In this document: piece after piece, positions 24,582-35,076 of the stretch | Layout: the number at the start of each line of letters is the position of its first letter | Numbering within the stretch: the stretch's first letter is position 1 | Source of the DNA: Gammaproteobacteria bacterium | Lineage (GTDB): Bacteria > Pseudomonadota > Gammaproteobacteria > Pseudomonadales > Pseudohongiellaceae | NCBI GenBank assembly: GCA_018698975.1 | Contig: JABIPQ010000024.1 | Span: 106-64,105, forward strand | Length of the DNA stretch: 64,000 nt | Reading direction: 5' to 3' | Notes under the pieces: model-generated | Told to the model about the DNA's origin: nothing | Database searches by the model: none | What the model saw: the letters and a program-made list of their open reading frames with translations, nothing else | Made by a program: the position numbers and the translations under genes

Positions 24582-25091
24582 ATGGCATATAAAAAAGAAC
24601 AGAACAAAAACGAAGAAGGCATGCAGGAAAAGCTGATTCAGGTAAACCGTGTAGCCAAAGTGGTTAAAGGTGGCCGAATTTTTGGTTTTACTGCGCTCAC
24701 TGCCGTTGGTGATGGGAATGGCAAAGTTGGCTTTGGACGCGGAAAAGCGCGTGAAGTGCCTCTGGCAATCCAGAAAGCTATGGAAGCTGCTCGTCGCAAT
24801 ATGATTAGCGTCAAACTTGACGGTGATACTTTGCAATACCCAATTAAAGCCAGGCACGGCGCTTCCAAGATCTATATGCAGCCTGCCTCTGAAGGTACCG
24901 GTGTTATTGCCGGTGGCGCAATGCGTGCGATTCTGGAGCTAGCCGGTGTACATAATGTACTGGCGAAATGTTATGGCTCAACTAACCCTGTCAATGTGGT
25001 TAGAGCAACGTTTAAAGGATTGCAGACAATGCGTGCTCCTGAAGAAATTGCAGCAAAACGTGGCAAAACTGTTGAAGAGATTATTGGATAA
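24582..25091 (+). CDS. rpsE: 30S ribosomal protein S5
   Basis: [43 protein letters not shown] is the canonical S5 sequence. Confidence 0.97.
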   Translation: MAYKKEQNKNEEGMQEKLIQVNRVAKVVKGGRIFGFTALTAVGDGNGKVGFGRGKAREVPLAIQKAMEAARRNMISVKLDGDTLQYPIKARHGASKIYMQPASEGTGVIAGGAMRAILELAGVHNVLAKCYGSTNPVNVVRATFKGLQTMRAPEEIAAKRGKTVEEIIG

Positions 25092-25166
25092 ATTGTCGGA
25101 TTAGTAAGAAATCCTGATAAATAAAAATTTAAAGATTCAAGTAACTGAAAGATAGAGTAAGAAATC

Positions 25167-25349
25167 ATGGCAGCAAATAAAGTTAAAGTTACTCTTTTGA
25201 AAAGCCCTATCGGAGCTTTGAAAGCGCATAAAGCCTGTCTCACTGGACTTGGCCTGAGGCGTATTCGTCATTCAGTGGAAGTGGAAGATACACCAGCTGT
25301 ACGTGGCATGATCAATAAAGTGATCCATATGATTAAAGTGGAAGACTGA
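25167..25349 (+). CDS. rpmD: 50S ribosomal protein L30
   Basis: 60-aa [31 protein letters not shown] is L30-like. Confidence 0.94.
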   Translation: MAANKVKVTLLKSPIGALKAHKACLTGLGLRRIRHSVEVEDTPAVRGMINKVIHMIKVED

Positions 25350-25443
25350 ACTGAAATAGCTTTAATTATAGATAAATAATTACTTATTACAGAAATGAAA
25401 ACTATTTATTACAGAAATAAAAACTATGACAACTGATACTACT

Positions 25444-25935
25444 ATGCAATTGAATACATTGGCTCCAGTTCCTGGCTCTATCCAGGAAAAGAAACGTGTC
25501 GGCCGAGGTATAGGTAGCGGACATGGTAAAACCGCGGGACGTGGTCACAAAGGCCAAAAATCTCGTTCGGGTGGCGGTGTGCGTCCAGGTTTTGAAGGCG
25601 GTCAGATGCCTTTGCAAAAACGTGTTCCAAAATTTGGTTTTTATTCTCGAATTGGTAGCGTCACTGAAGAAGTTCGTACATCTGAGCTTAATAAAGTTGA
25701 AGGTGGTGTTATCAATATTGAGACTTTGGAAAAAGCCAATATCATCAAACGTAATACCAAGCGTGTGAAAATTATGCTTTCCGGTGATGTGACTACTGCT
25801 GTGACTGTAGAGGGCTTAAGTGTAACCAAAGGTGCAAGATCTGCGATTGAAGCAGCAGGTGGCAAGGTTATAGACGCTATTGAGAAGCCTAAAGGCAAAA
25901 AAGTTAAACAAGTAAAAAAAGAAGCAAGCGCTTAA
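25444..25935 (+). CDS. rplO: 50S ribosomal protein L15
   Basis: [12 protein letters not shown]...[25 protein letters not shown] aligns with the E. coli L15 start MRLNTLSP. The first ATG of the ORF is at 25426, an alternative start. There is a Lys-rich C-terminal extension. Confidence 0.93.
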   Translation: MQLNTLAPVPGSIQEKKRVGRGIGSGHGKTAGRGHKGQKSRSGGGVRPGFEGGQMPLQKRVPKFGFYSRIGSVTEEVRTSELNKVEGGVINIETLEKANIIKRNTKRVKIMLSGDVTTAVTVEGLSVTKGARSAIEAAGGKVIDAIEKPKGKKVKQVKKEASA

Positions 25936-25992
25936 ACTGCATTAGCTTAACGAATTTCACGAATTAAAGAGTAATCGGGATAGATATTTAAC

Positions 25993-27303
25993 ATGGCGAC
26001 TCCAGGAATGAGACCAGGAAAAGCAGACGGGTTGGCTGAATTAAAAGCCAGACTTGCTTTTGTGCTGTTCGCAATTTTGGTATACCGCATAGGTACGCAT
26101 ATCCCTGTTCCTGGTATTAATCCTGATCAGCTGCAAGCACTGTTTAATCAGAATCAGGGTACATTCCTGGGCTTGTTTAATATGTTTTCTGGTGGTGCCA
26201 TTGAGCGTATGAGTATTTTTGCTCTGGGTATTATGCCTTATATTACTGCGTCTATTATTATGCAGTTATTAACTGCTACCACTCCGCAGTTAGAACAATT
26301 AAAGAAAGAAGGTGAATCTGGTCGTCGTAAAATCAGTCAGTACACTCGTTATGGTGCACTGCTTTTTGCTTCTGTTCAGGCTGTTGCTATCACCACGGGT
26401 TTATTATCCCAGTTAGCTTTTAATGCAAATTTCAGCTTTTATTTCACAGCATTTGTTTCACTGGTTACCGGTGCCATGTTTCTTATGTGGCTGGGCGAAC
26501 AAATCACTGAAAGGGGCGTTGGTAATGGTATTTCATTACTGATCTTCGCTGGTATCGTGGCGGGCTTGCCCGCAGCAATCGGACAATCACTGGAACAGGC
26601 AGCTGAAGGTCAGATTCAACCGATAGCACTATTTATCGTTGCCGTAATTGCAGCAGTGGTGATTGCTTGTGTAGTTTTTGTAGAAAGAGCACAACGCAGA
26701 ATTACTGTAAATTATGCGCCACGTCAGCAAGGCCGCAAGATGTATCAGGGACAATCCAGCCATTTACCTTTGAAGGTGAACATGGCGGGTGTAATTCCGG
26801 CAATTTTTGCCAGCAGCTTTTTGTTATTTCCTGCATCTCTGGGTCAATGGTTTGGTCAGAATGAAGGTATGCAATGGATGGCAGATCTGGCACTGATACT
26901 CGGACCTGGCCAACCACTATATATACTTGTATTTGCTACATTAATTGTCGCTTTTTGCTTTTTCTATACTTCGCTGGTTTTTAACCCGAAAGAGATTGCA
27001 GACAATTTGAGAAAATCCGGTGCTTTTATCCCGGGTATCCGACCAGGTGAGCAGACTGCTACTTATGTGGACAGCGTGATGACCCGACTCACTATGTTTG
27101 GTGCGGTTTACATTACGATGATTTGTTTATTACCCCAGTTCCTGCAGGTAGCGGCCAATGTGCCTTTCCAGTTGGGCGGGACTTCACTACTTATTGTAGT
27201 GGTTGTATGTATGGATTTTATGTCACAGATTCAGTCTCATCTGATGTCTCATCAGTATGAATCCCTGATGAAGAAGTCCAACATTGGGTCATTCAAGCGA
27301 TAG
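25993..27303 (+). CDS. secY: Preprotein translocase subunit SecY
   Basis: 436-aa polytopic membrane ORF with SecY blocks ([33 protein letters not shown]). spc operon position. Confidence 0.98.
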   Translation: MATPGMRPGKADGLAELKARLAFVLFAILVYRIGTHIPVPGINPDQLQALFNQNQGTFLGLFNMFSGGAIERMSIFALGIMPYITASIIMQLLTATTPQLEQLKKEGESGRRKISQYTRYGALLFASVQAVAITTGLLSQLAFNANFSFYFTAFVSLVTGAMFLMWLGEQITERGVGNGISLLIFAGIVAGLPAAIGQSLEQAAEGQIQPIALFIVAVIAAVVIACVVFVERAQRRITVNYAPRQQGRKMYQGQSSHLPLKVNMAGVIPAIFASSFLLFPASLGQWFGQNEGMQWMADLALILGPGQPLYILVFATLIVAFCFFYTSLVFNPKEIADNLRKSGAFIPGIRPGEQTATYVDSVMTRLTMFGAVYITMICLLPQFLQVAANVPFQLGGTSLLIVVVVCMDFMSQIQSHLMSHQYESLMKKSNIGSFKR

Positions 27304-27340
27304 TTAATAGATATTGCTTTAAGAGGTTTGGAGAAGATTC

Positions 27341-27454
27341 ATGAAAGTCAGAGCATCAGTAAAAAAAGTATGTCGTAACTGCAAAGTTATTAAACGCGGC
27401 GGTGTTGTAAGAGTGATTTGCAAGGAACCACGCCATAAACAGCGACAGGGTTAA
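27341..27454 (+). CDS. rpmJ: 50S ribosomal protein L36
   Basis: Not in the ORF track because it is under 60 aa. I translated it by hand as [37 protein letters not shown]. An SD (aagagg) lies upstream, and it sits in the canonical position after secY. Confidence 0.93.
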   Translation: MKVRASVKKVCRNCKVIKRGGVVRVICKEPRHKQRQG

Positions 27455-27537
27455 ATTAACCTTTCGTCTGTTGGCTTGATTTTTAGCAGGCCAGACGATA
27501 AGCTAGCGCGCTTTTTTACTGGCACCTGCAGGCTGAA

Positions 27538-27567
27538 TTGAACAAGAACGAACAACGACTGAATAAT
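27538..27567 (+). promoter_or_regulatory. Candidate alpha-operon promoter
   Basis: TTGAAC (27538-27543), an 18-nt spacer, then AATAAT (27562-27567), within the 214-nt rpmJ-rpsM spacer. A small cgttgc/gcaacg hairpin lies downstream in the leader. The match is weak. Confidence 0.3.
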
Positions 27568-27668
27568 GAAGAAATAATATAGATAAGTAGTTGATATTTA
27601 AAGATATTTAATAAGCAGATAACGTTGCAAAGCAACGCTGTTAACAAAAGAAACATTGGAGTTAGCAT

Positions 27669-28025
27669 ATGGCCCGTATTGCCGGAGTCAACATACCAGA
27701 TAACAAACATATCGTGATTTCACTGCGTTATGTATTCGGTATTGGTCCTACAAAAGCACAAGCACTGTGTGATATGACTGGTATTACACCGAACACTAAA
27801 GTAAGCGATCTTAGTGAAGAGCAGCTTGACTCTATACGAAATGAAATCACCAAAATGACTGTTGAAGGTGATTTGCGTCGTGAAATCTCCATGAACATCA
27901 AACGTTTGATGGATCTGGGCTCCTATCGTGGTATTCGACATCGTCGTAGTCTGCCGGTTAATGGTCAGCGAACTAAAACGAATGCCAGAACTCGTAAAGG
28001 GCCACGTAAACCAATTCGTAGATAA
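27669..28025 (+). CDS. rpsM: 30S ribosomal protein S13
   Basis: [26 protein letters not shown] is the canonical S13 sequence. Confidence 0.98.
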   Translation: MARIAGVNIPDNKHIVISLRYVFGIGPTKAQALCDMTGITPNTKVSDLSEEQLDSIRNEITKMTVEGDLRREISMNIKRLMDLGSYRGIRHRRSLPVNGQRTKTNARTRKGPRKPIRR

Positions 28026-28111
28026 GCATTAACAATGACTGTTTTTGAAATAGTTTTAAAAACAGTACGAAAAGAACAGAAAGAAAATAGTTAATACAGG
28101 AAGAACAGTAA

Positions 28112-28501
28112 ATGGCTAAACCCGGAGCAACTCGCAAGAAAGCAAGAGTAGCCGTCAATGATGGTGTGGCACACATCCATGCGTCATTTAATAACACGAT
28201 TATTACTATTACTGATCGTCAGGGTAATGCACTGACCTGGGCAACTTCTGGCGGTTCCGGATTCCGTGGCTCAAGAAAGAGCACCCCGTTTGCTGCACAG
28301 GTTGCAGCAGAGCGTGCTGGTAAAGCTGCTGTTGAAGCCTACAGTCTCAAAAATGTAGATGTCAGGGTGAATGGTCCAGGACCTGGACGTGAATCCGCAG
28401 TCAGAGCACTGAATTCATGTGGCCTGAAAATTAGCAATATTACTGATGTTACTCCAATTCCACATAATGGATGTCGACCACCTAAACGTCGTCGTGTGTA
28501 A
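28112..28501 (+). CDS. rpsK: 30S ribosomal protein S11
   Basis: [31 protein letters not shown] is the canonical S11 sequence. Confidence 0.98.
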   Translation: MAKPGATRKKARVAVNDGVAHIHASFNNTIITITDRQGNALTWATSGGSGFRGSRKSTPFAAQVAAERAGKAAVEAYSLKNVDVRVNGPGPGRESAVRALNSCGLKISNITDVTPIPHNGCRPPKRRRV

Positions 28502-28570
28502 CTGCTGGATAAAATTTAAAATAGTTAAAAGACTAAAGTTAAAAGATAAGAGAAAACTGGAAAATAGAGT

Positions 28571-29191
28571 ATGGCACGATACATAGGACCAAAATGTAAA
28601 TTATCCAGAAGGGAAGGTACTGATCTTTTCCTGAAGAGTGGCGTACGTGCACTGGATGATAAATGTAATCTTGAAGCTGTACCTGGACAACATGGCAACC
28701 GCCGTTCACGTCTGTCCGATTATGGTGTGCAGCTGCGTGAAAAGCAGAAAGTACGCCGCATGTATGGCGTGCTTGAAAAGCAGTTCCGTAATTACTATAA
28801 GGAAGCAGCTCGTTTGAAAGGTGCTACCGGTGAAAACCTGCTGCAGCTTCTTGAATCAAGATTAGACAATGTTGTTTATCGAATTGGTTTTGGTGCCACT
28901 CGTGCAGAGGCCAGACAGCTGGTTTCCCATAAGGCAATCCAGGTTAATGGACAAACTGTCAATATTGCTTCTTACCAGGTTTCTGATGGCGATGTCATCA
29001 CAGTTCGTGAAAAAGCCAAAAACCAGATGCGCATCAAATCAGCTCTAGATCAGGCTGCTAGTCGACTGCAAATAGAGTGGATTGATGTGAACATCGACAA
29101 GTTAGAAGGTGTTTTCAAAAACAAGCCGGAGCGCAGTGAACTGTCTTCCGAAATCAATGAAAGCTTGATCGTTGAGCTTTACTCGAAATAA
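28571..29191 (+). CDS. rpsD: 30S ribosomal protein S4
   Basis: [24 protein letters not shown] is the canonical S4 sequence. Confidence 0.98.
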   Translation: MARYIGPKCKLSRREGTDLFLKSGVRALDDKCNLEAVPGQHGNRRSRLSDYGVQLREKQKVRRMYGVLEKQFRNYYKEAARLKGATGENLLQLLESRLDNVVYRIGFGATRAEARQLVSHKAIQVNGQTVNIASYQVSDGDVITVREKAKNQMRIKSALDQAASRLQIEWIDVNIDKLEGVFKNKPERSELSSEINESLIVELYSK

Positions 29192-29224
29192 CGTTCAGTC
29201 ATTACCAGGTCTGAGAGGAATTCC

Positions 29225-30223
29225 ATGCAAATTTCGTTAGCTGACTTTCTGACACCTCAAGTTATTCAGGTTGAAGAATTTGATAAGTGTCATTCAAAAG
29301 TAGTACTGGAGCCATTGGAAAGGGGCTTCGGCCATACACTGGGCAATGCCTTGCGCAGGATTTTATTATCCTCCATGCCTGGTTGTGCCGTAGAAGAAGT
29401 TGAAATTGATGGTGTAGTCCATGAATACAGCACAATAGAAGGTGTTCAGGAAGATGTCATTGAAATCATCCTGAACCTTAAAGGACTGGCTGTGATTCTC
29501 GAAGGTAAAGATGAAGTTGTTCTTAATCTGAACAAAAGTGGTAAAGGTCCGGTTACTGCCGGTGACATCACTTTGGAACAGGATGTTGAAATTATAAATC
29601 CTGAGCACCTTATCTGTAACCTGAATGAAAATGGTGCTATCAACATGCACATCAAAATTGGTGTTGGTCGTGGTTATGCACCTGTTGATACAAGAATTGA
29701 TGCAGATGAGGAAACTCGTGCTGTTGGCAAACTGATGCTGGATGCGTCCTACACGCCGGTTAATTCCGTTACTTATTCTGTAGAGAATGCACGTGTAGAA
29801 CAGCGTACTGACCTGGATAAACTGGTTCTTGAGCTGGAAACTAACGGCACAATTGATCCAGAAGAAGCTATTCGTCAGGCGGCTTCCATCATGCAGCATC
29901 AACTGAGTGTTTTTGTTGATCTCAAAAACGATGCGATTAAAGAGCCAGAGCAACAGGAAGATAAGATTGATCCTATCCTGCTGCGTCCGGTTGATGATCT
30001 GGAACTTACCGTTCGATCAGCTAACTGCCTGAAAGCAGAAAATATTTATTACATTGGTGATTTGATTCAGCGCACAGAAGTAGAATTGCTGAAAACCCCT
30101 AACCTGGGTAAAAAATCACTGACAGAAATTAAAGACGTATTGGCTTCTAAAGGATTATCCCTTGGTCTGCGTCTTGAAAATTGGCCGCCGTCCTCCCTTA
30201 AGGGTAGTGAACGCGCTGCTTAA
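29225..30223 (+). CDS. rpoA: DNA-directed RNA polymerase subunit alpha
   Basis: 332-aa ORF with [26 protein letters not shown] and the C-terminal domain [22 protein letters not shown]. Confidence 0.98.
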   Translation: MQISLADFLTPQVIQVEEFDKCHSKVVLEPLERGFGHTLGNALRRILLSSMPGCAVEEVEIDGVVHEYSTIEGVQEDVIEIILNLKGLAVILEGKDEVVLNLNKSGKGPVTAGDITLEQDVEIINPEHLICNLNENGAINMHIKIGVGRGYAPVDTRIDADEETRAVGKLMLDASYTPVNSVTYSVENARVEQRTDLDKLVLELETNGTIDPEEAIRQAASIMQHQLSVFVDLKNDAIKEPEQQEDKIDPILLRPVDDLELTVRSANCLKAENIYYIGDLIQRTEVELLKTPNLGKKSLTEIKDVLASKGLSLGLRLENWPPSSLKGSERAA

Positions 30224-30253
30224 TTTAGAAAGAACTAAACAGGAATATTTGTA

Positions 30254-30649
30254 ATGCGTCATCGACATAGTGGGCGTCAGCTCAACAGGAACAGTAGTCA
30301 TCGAAAAGCGATGTTTCGCAATATGACTTCATCCCTGGTTGAACACGAAATCATTAAAACAACTTTGGCTAAAGCCAAGGAACTGCGTGGCTATGCTGAG
30401 CCGCTGATTACTTTAGCCAAGCAGGACAGTGTTGCTAACCGCAGACTGGCTTTTTCCCGCTTGCGTGACAAGGAATCTGTTGGCAAGTTGTTCACAGAAA
30501 TTGGCCCGCGTTATGTTGAACGCCCTGGTGGTTACCTGCGCATTATCAAATGTGGCTTACGTACTGGTGACAAAGCACCAATGGCCTATGTTGAACTCGT
30601 TGACCGTCCTGAAGAAGACTTTGACTATGATGGTGTCGAAGAATCCTGA
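30254..30649 (+). CDS. rplQ: 50S ribosomal protein L17
   Basis: [24 protein letters not shown] is the canonical L17 sequence. Confidence 0.98.
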   Translation: MRHRHSGRQLNRNSSHRKAMFRNMTSSLVEHEIIKTTLAKAKELRGYAEPLITLAKQDSVANRRLAFSRLRDKESVGKLFTEIGPRYVERPGGYLRIIKCGLRTGDKAPMAYVELVDRPEEDFDYDGVEES

Positions 30650-30676
30650 CAGGTAACTGAGAGTTAAGCAGTTGCA

Positions 30677-30705
30677 GAAAAAAGCCGTCTTTTCGGCTTT
30701 TTTTA
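30677..30705 (+). terminator. Rho-independent terminator of the alpha operon
   Basis: aaaaaagccg-tctttt-cggcttttttt: a GC core stem flanked by an A-run and a T-run, 28 nt after the rplQ stop. Confidence 0.75.
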
Positions 30706-30754
30706 TTTCCGAAAATTGAAAATTATACTAACGTGAATATAGCGAGATAGAACC

Positions 30755-31930
30755 ATGAGCAAATCCTTTCATCCGCCGCTTCGAACCTTGATGGGTCCCG
30801 GACCTTCTGATGTAAATCCCCGCGTTACTGCTGCTATGGGTGCACCAACCATTGGTCATCTTGATCCAGCATTTGTGGGCCTTATGGATGATATTAAAAG
30901 CTTGCTTCAGTATGCCTTTCAGACGAAAAATAAATTAACTATTCCTGTTTCAGCGCCTGGTTCAGCTGGCATGGAAACCTGCTTTTATAACCTTCTTGAA
31001 CCAGGTGATAAAGCAGTAGTGTGCCAGAACGGAGTGTTTGGCGGGCGTATGAAAGAAAATGTAGAGCGTTGTGGAGCACATCCGGTAATGGTGCAAGATG
31101 ATTGGGGTGCCCCTGTTGATCTCAATAAAGTTGAAGATGCACTAAAAGCGAATCCCGATGCCAAAGTACTGGCCTTCGTCCATGCTGAGACTTCAACAGG
31201 TGCTCGCAGTGATGCAAAAGAATTAACCGCATTGGCACATAAATATGATTGTTTATCATTGGTAGACAGCGTTACGGGCCTTGCTGGTATAGAACTCGAT
31301 GTTGATGGTTGGGGTATTGATGCTATTTATTCCGGCACCCAGAAATGTCTTTCCTGCCCTCCTGGTATTTCACCGGTAAGTTTCGGTGACAGAGCAGTAG
31401 AAGTGATCAGTAACCGTAAAACAAAAGTACAAAGCTGGTTCCTGGATATGAACCTGGTGATGGGATATTGGGGTGAAGGCGCTCGTGCCTATCATCATAC
31501 TGCCCCGGTAAATAGCATGTACGGTTTACACGAATCCCTGGTGATGCTGGAAGAAGAAGGCCTTGAAAATAGCTGGGCACGTCATGCCTATCATCACAAG
31601 GCACTTGCCGCTGGTGTGGAAGCAATGGGTCTTAGTTTTGTTGTTGCTCCTGAGTACCGTTTGCCACAACTTAATTCTGTGACCATACCGGAAGGTGTTG
31701 AAGAAGCGAATGTTCGTGCAGCACTGCTTAATGACTACAATCTGGAAATCGGTGCCGGTCTTGGCGCACTTGCAGGTAAAGTATGGCGTGTAGGTTTGAT
31801 GGGGCAAAGCAGCTGTAAAACCAATGTCTTATTTTTCCTTGGTGCTCTTGATGCGGTTTTGACCGATATGGGTGCTGGAATCAATAGTGGTAAGGCTGTC
31901 GCTGCAGCACAGGCTGTTTATAAAAACTAG
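30755..31930 (+). CDS. Class-V (AGXT/serine-pyruvate type) PLP-dependent aminotransferase
   Basis: 391-aa ORF. The N-terminus LMGPGPSDVNPRV and the PLP-lysine context YSGTQKCLSCPPG are typical of alanine-glyoxylate/serine-pyruvate aminotransferases. Substrate not assignable. Confidence 0.8.
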   Translation: MSKSFHPPLRTLMGPGPSDVNPRVTAAMGAPTIGHLDPAFVGLMDDIKSLLQYAFQTKNKLTIPVSAPGSAGMETCFYNLLEPGDKAVVCQNGVFGGRMKENVERCGAHPVMVQDDWGAPVDLNKVEDALKANPDAKVLAFVHAETSTGARSDAKELTALAHKYDCLSLVDSVTGLAGIELDVDGWGIDAIYSGTQKCLSCPPGISPVSFGDRAVEVISNRKTKVQSWFLDMNLVMGYWGEGARAYHHTAPVNSMYGLHESLVMLEEEGLENSWARHAYHHKALAAGVEAMGLSFVVAPEYRLPQLNSVTIPEGVEEANVRAALLNDYNLEIGAGLGALAGKVWRVGLMGQSSCKTNVLFFLGALDAVLTDMGAGINSGKAVAAAQAVYKN

Positions 31931-31968
31931 TCGCAAGTTACAAGTCACAAGCATATGCTTGTGACTTG
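31929..31968. repeat. AGTYNCA heptamers plus perfect 28-nt palindrome (terminator-like)
   Basis: The units agtcgca-agttaca-agtcaca start on the stop codon. caagtcacaagcat|atgcttgtgacttg (31941-31968) is a perfect palindrome. Confidence 0.8.
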
Positions 31969-32049
31969 CTTGACACATCACTGTCACCCGAGTGACACTT
32001 GTTCCCCTTTATAAAAAATTATTTCAAAAACTGACCAGGGGGATGGATC

Positions 32050-33195
32050 ATGTTTGCAGGTAAAACAATCAGGCTGTTGTCAGCAGTTCTTTTATTTTCT
32101 TTCACCACTTCACTTTTTGCACAAAGCTCAGACGAAATTCTTGCGCCCTTCAAAGTGGGAACATTCTCTATCAATGGATCTGCTGAACTAGGTTTGGTAT
32201 TTCGTGATGCCTTGATCGTAGAGCTTGATGCAGCTAATGCCAGTCTGGAAAACGCAGGCATGGTGCCTGAAATACCAATGCCTGATGACATGATCGATTT
32301 AATCGAACGTTATGAATATGGACTGAAACGCCGGTTATATGAAATCGCAAATTACCTGGTACTCAATGACCTGCTTGATATCGACAGGCCGGCATGGATC
32401 CATGTGCTGGATACCATCGATACCTTGCCGCCTATTATGTACCCGGGCAAGATCATGAATGCCGCGGTGAATTTCTATACCCATGTTAATGAAACAGGCA
32501 CCCCCGAAGAAATTGCTGCGTCCAGACGTGAGCGTCGTGAAAATCGTGGTGCGCCTTATCTGTTTTTGAAACCGACGCGTGGCGCTGTGATAGGTGATGG
32601 AGATTCAGTAGTAATTCCCTACGGGCGCACACAGACAGATTGGGAAGTTGAGCTTGGCACCGTGATCGGTAAAGCCGCGAAATATGTCAGTGCTGAGGAA
32701 GCACAGGACTATATTTTTGGTTATATGGTGACCATGGATATAAGTGACCGGGGTGGACGACCACCTGGGGGCTTTCAGGGAGTGGACTGGTTTGTCGGCA
32801 AAGGCCACGATACATTTGCCCCAATGGGACCCTGGATTGTGCCAAAAGAGTTTTATGGCGACCCCATGGAAAAATTGCGTCAGACCTTGAGCATCGGTGA
32901 TGAGCAGATGCAGGAAGCCACTGCAGGTGACATGATTCATTCCCTGTATGAGCTGATTGAATATGCTTCCTCCCTGATTACGCTCTACCCGGGCGATGTA
33001 CTCAACAATGGTACTTCTGGTGGTGTAGGTATGGGGACTTCAGTACGTGGAGAGCAACGTTTTTTGCAGGATGGCGAAGTGATCGAAGCCAGTATTGATG
33101 GTATTGGTTCACTAAGAGTGAATGTAGTCGCAGAAGAAGCCAGACCCCGGGGAACTGGTGCACAATTACCACCGGTAAACAGTTACCGTGATTAG
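32050..33195 (+). CDS. Fumarylacetoacetate hydrolase (FAH) family protein with N-terminal signal peptide
   Basis: The C-terminal ~220 aa resemble the FAH/HpcE fold (GDGDSVVIPYG...WEVELGTVIGK...GYMVTMDISDR...GKGHDTFAPMGPWIV...PGDVLNNGTSGGVG). The N-terminus MFAGKTIRLLSAVLLFSFTTSLFAQS looks like a Sec signal. Confidence 0.75.
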   Translation: MFAGKTIRLLSAVLLFSFTTSLFAQSSDEILAPFKVGTFSINGSAELGLVFRDALIVELDAANASLENAGMVPEIPMPDDMIDLIERYEYGLKRRLYEIANYLVLNDLLDIDRPAWIHVLDTIDTLPPIMYPGKIMNAAVNFYTHVNETGTPEEIAASRRERRENRGAPYLFLKPTRGAVIGDGDSVVIPYGRTQTDWEVELGTVIGKAAKYVSAEEAQDYIFGYMVTMDISDRGGRPPGGFQGVDWFVGKGHDTFAPMGPWIVPKEFYGDPMEKLRQTLSIGDEQMQEATAGDMIHSLYELIEYASSLITLYPGDVLNNGTSGGVGMGTSVRGEQRFLQDGEVIEASIDGIGSLRVNVVAEEARPRGTGAQLPPVNSYRD

Positions 33196-33199
33196 GTAA

Positions 33200-34831
33200 T
33201 TAATTATCAACAATGAAAGGGCCGTCCACACATAAACGGCGGCCATCAGGAGTATTACAGGCACCACAGATACCTACGCCACACTTGGTCATATAATCAA
33301 TAGCATTGAATATCTGATCAGGTCGGCAAAATTCTTTTTGCACAGCAATGGCCGCATGGACCATTGGTTCAGGTCCGCAGTTGTAAAACACCAGGCCATC
33401 CCGCTCTTCCTGACTCATCTCTGCCAGACGACTGCGTAATAATTCAGTGACTACGCCATGGAAGCCTTCACTACCATCATCGGTGGCAATGTGTGTTGGG
33501 CAAATGGCTTTGCATTCGTCGACGAAATACAAACGTTCCTTACTACGTGCACCGATGAAAAATTCTGCTTTGTTATTTCCATGAGCGGAAAAATCTCTGG
33601 CAATCTGATACACAGCCGCAAGACCTGTTCCGCCACTGACTGCCATTATTGTTGAGTCTTTGGGTGGAGAAGCTGCAATACCATGAGGACCGCGAACATA
33701 AGCTTCGGTACCTGGTTCCAGACTCATCAAGGCTTCGGTGAACTGACCAAGGTTGATCACAACCAGAGAGAAGGGATCATCGGTGAGTGCCGAAAAAGGT
33801 TTTTCTCCCAGACCGGGTATCCAAAGAAAAATAAATTCGCCTGCTTGCACTGATACTTTGGAATCAAAGGTAAGAATACAGATGTCATCACATATGCGTT
33901 TGTTTTCCACCAGGGTGACCGGTGAAAATTCCATGTCGATATCGTAACGTACCAGGCTTTCCGCTTTTTCAGAGCCTTGTTCAAGATCATTGCACAGGGT
34001 ATTAAAATAATCAGCAATCTCATCAGTAGTCATACCAATCAAGGCGGAACCAACACCAAATATTGTGGCCCCTGCATGCTGGAATGAACGGATATCCTCT
34101 GCGCTGGACAATCCGCCACAGGCAATTATCGGCACATCAAGATGGCTGACCTGGCTCACACATTTCAATGCGATTGGCAGAACCCCCTTACCGGACATTC
34201 CGCCTTCACCGTTGCTCAAAACGGCATGACCATGGCGGGTATGCTGACCGGGACCGACGGTATTAATGGCACACAGAGCGTCAGCACCGCCAGCTACCGC
34301 TGCCTCAGCGATTTCTGCGAAGTTTGGTACATTCGGGGTTAGTTTGGGAATGACCGGCACATCGACGGCTGCTTTCACCGCAGCGGTGATTTCCTTGACC
34401 AATTCCGGATCCTGCCCCATGGCCATGCCATACCCTTTGGCGTGTGGACATGAGAGGTTCAGCTCCAGACCATCGCCAAACGGCGCCAGTATTTTCGCTA
34501 CTTCCACATATTCTTCAACGCTGCCGCCGAAAATTGAAATCAACAGGAAACGGTCGTCTGGAATCTTGAGTTCACCCAGCAATTCTGCTGACTTGAGCGC
34601 GCCAGGATTAGTAAGACCCACAGCATTAACGAAACATCCGGGGGCATACTGGCTAAGGATAGGTTCGCGATAGCCAAGTCTTGGTTCCAGACAAATGCTT
34701 TTGGTGGTCAGTACTCCTACCTCTGGCATCTGGTCAAAAAAGCGCTGGATGATAGGGGCAGCACAGGTCACGATGCCGGAAGGGACGGTAAATGGACCCG
34801 ATAAAGTTTTACCCAGGAATTCAGTTTTCAA
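33200..34831 (-). CDS. Fusion protein: DPD/DHOD(class 1)-type FMN TIM-barrel domain + PyrK-type FAD/[2Fe-2S] electron-transfer domain
   Basis: The N-terminal half has LELNLSCPHAKGYGMAMGQDPELV...IPKLTPNV...GGMSGKGVLP...ACGGLSSAEDI, the dihydropyrimidine/dihydroorotate dehydrogenase catalytic-Cys context. The C-terminal half has EKPFS and GGTGLAAV motifs and the cluster motif CGVGICGACN...C, as in PyrK. Confidence 0.8.
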   Translation of the reverse strand: MKTEFLGKTLSGPFTVPSGIVTCAAPIIQRFFDQMPEVGVLTTKSICLEPRLGYREPILSQYAPGCFVNAVGLTNPGALKSAELLGELKIPDDRFLLISIFGGSVEEYVEVAKILAPFGDGLELNLSCPHAKGYGMAMGQDPELVKEITAAVKAAVDVPVIPKLTPNVPNFAEIAEAAVAGGADALCAINTVGPGQHTRHGHAVLSNGEGGMSGKGVLPIALKCVSQVSHLDVPIIACGGLSSAEDIRSFQHAGATIFGVGSALIGMTTDEIADYFNTLCNDLEQGSEKAESLVRYDIDMEFSPVTLVENKRICDDICILTFDSKVSVQAGEFIFLWIPGLGEKPFSALTDDPFSLVVINLGQFTEALMSLEPGTEAYVRGPHGIAASPPKDSTIMAVSGGTGLAAVYQIARDFSAHGNNKAEFFIGARSKERLYFVDECKAICPTHIATDDGSEGFHGVVTELLRSRLAEMSQEERDGLVFYNCGPEPMVHAAIAVQKEFCRPDQIFNAIDYMTKCGVGICGACNTPDGRRLCVDGPFIVDN

Positions 34832-35076
34832 AATTTGGTTTTCTTATTTTGCTTGGTTTGCACAGACATATTGAAATTCTATTTTTGATATCTTTTACAG
34901 ATATGCATTTTAGCTTTCATAGCCGTGTATTTCGAGTACAGGATGCAATTGTTTTACCCTTTCTGGAATATCTTTTGACTGTTTCGACAAGTGTAAACAC
35001 GGAATGAATGATGATAGGCTTATTTTGCCTGAGAGCTATGGTTTTTTTAAAAAATTAGAACAGTTAAGGGAAAAGC

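Noticed and set aside
27455-27530. Possible terminator after rpmJ (tcgtctg...cagacga stem and gctagcgcgc followed by tttttt)
   Set aside because: The pairings I could draw are short or need large internal loops. The GC-rich segment before the T-run is self-complementary without a loop. It is too ambiguous to annotate with coordinates.
29366-29953. 195-aa ORF antisense to rpoA
   Set aside because: It is embedded in the conserved rpoA gene with no independent support.
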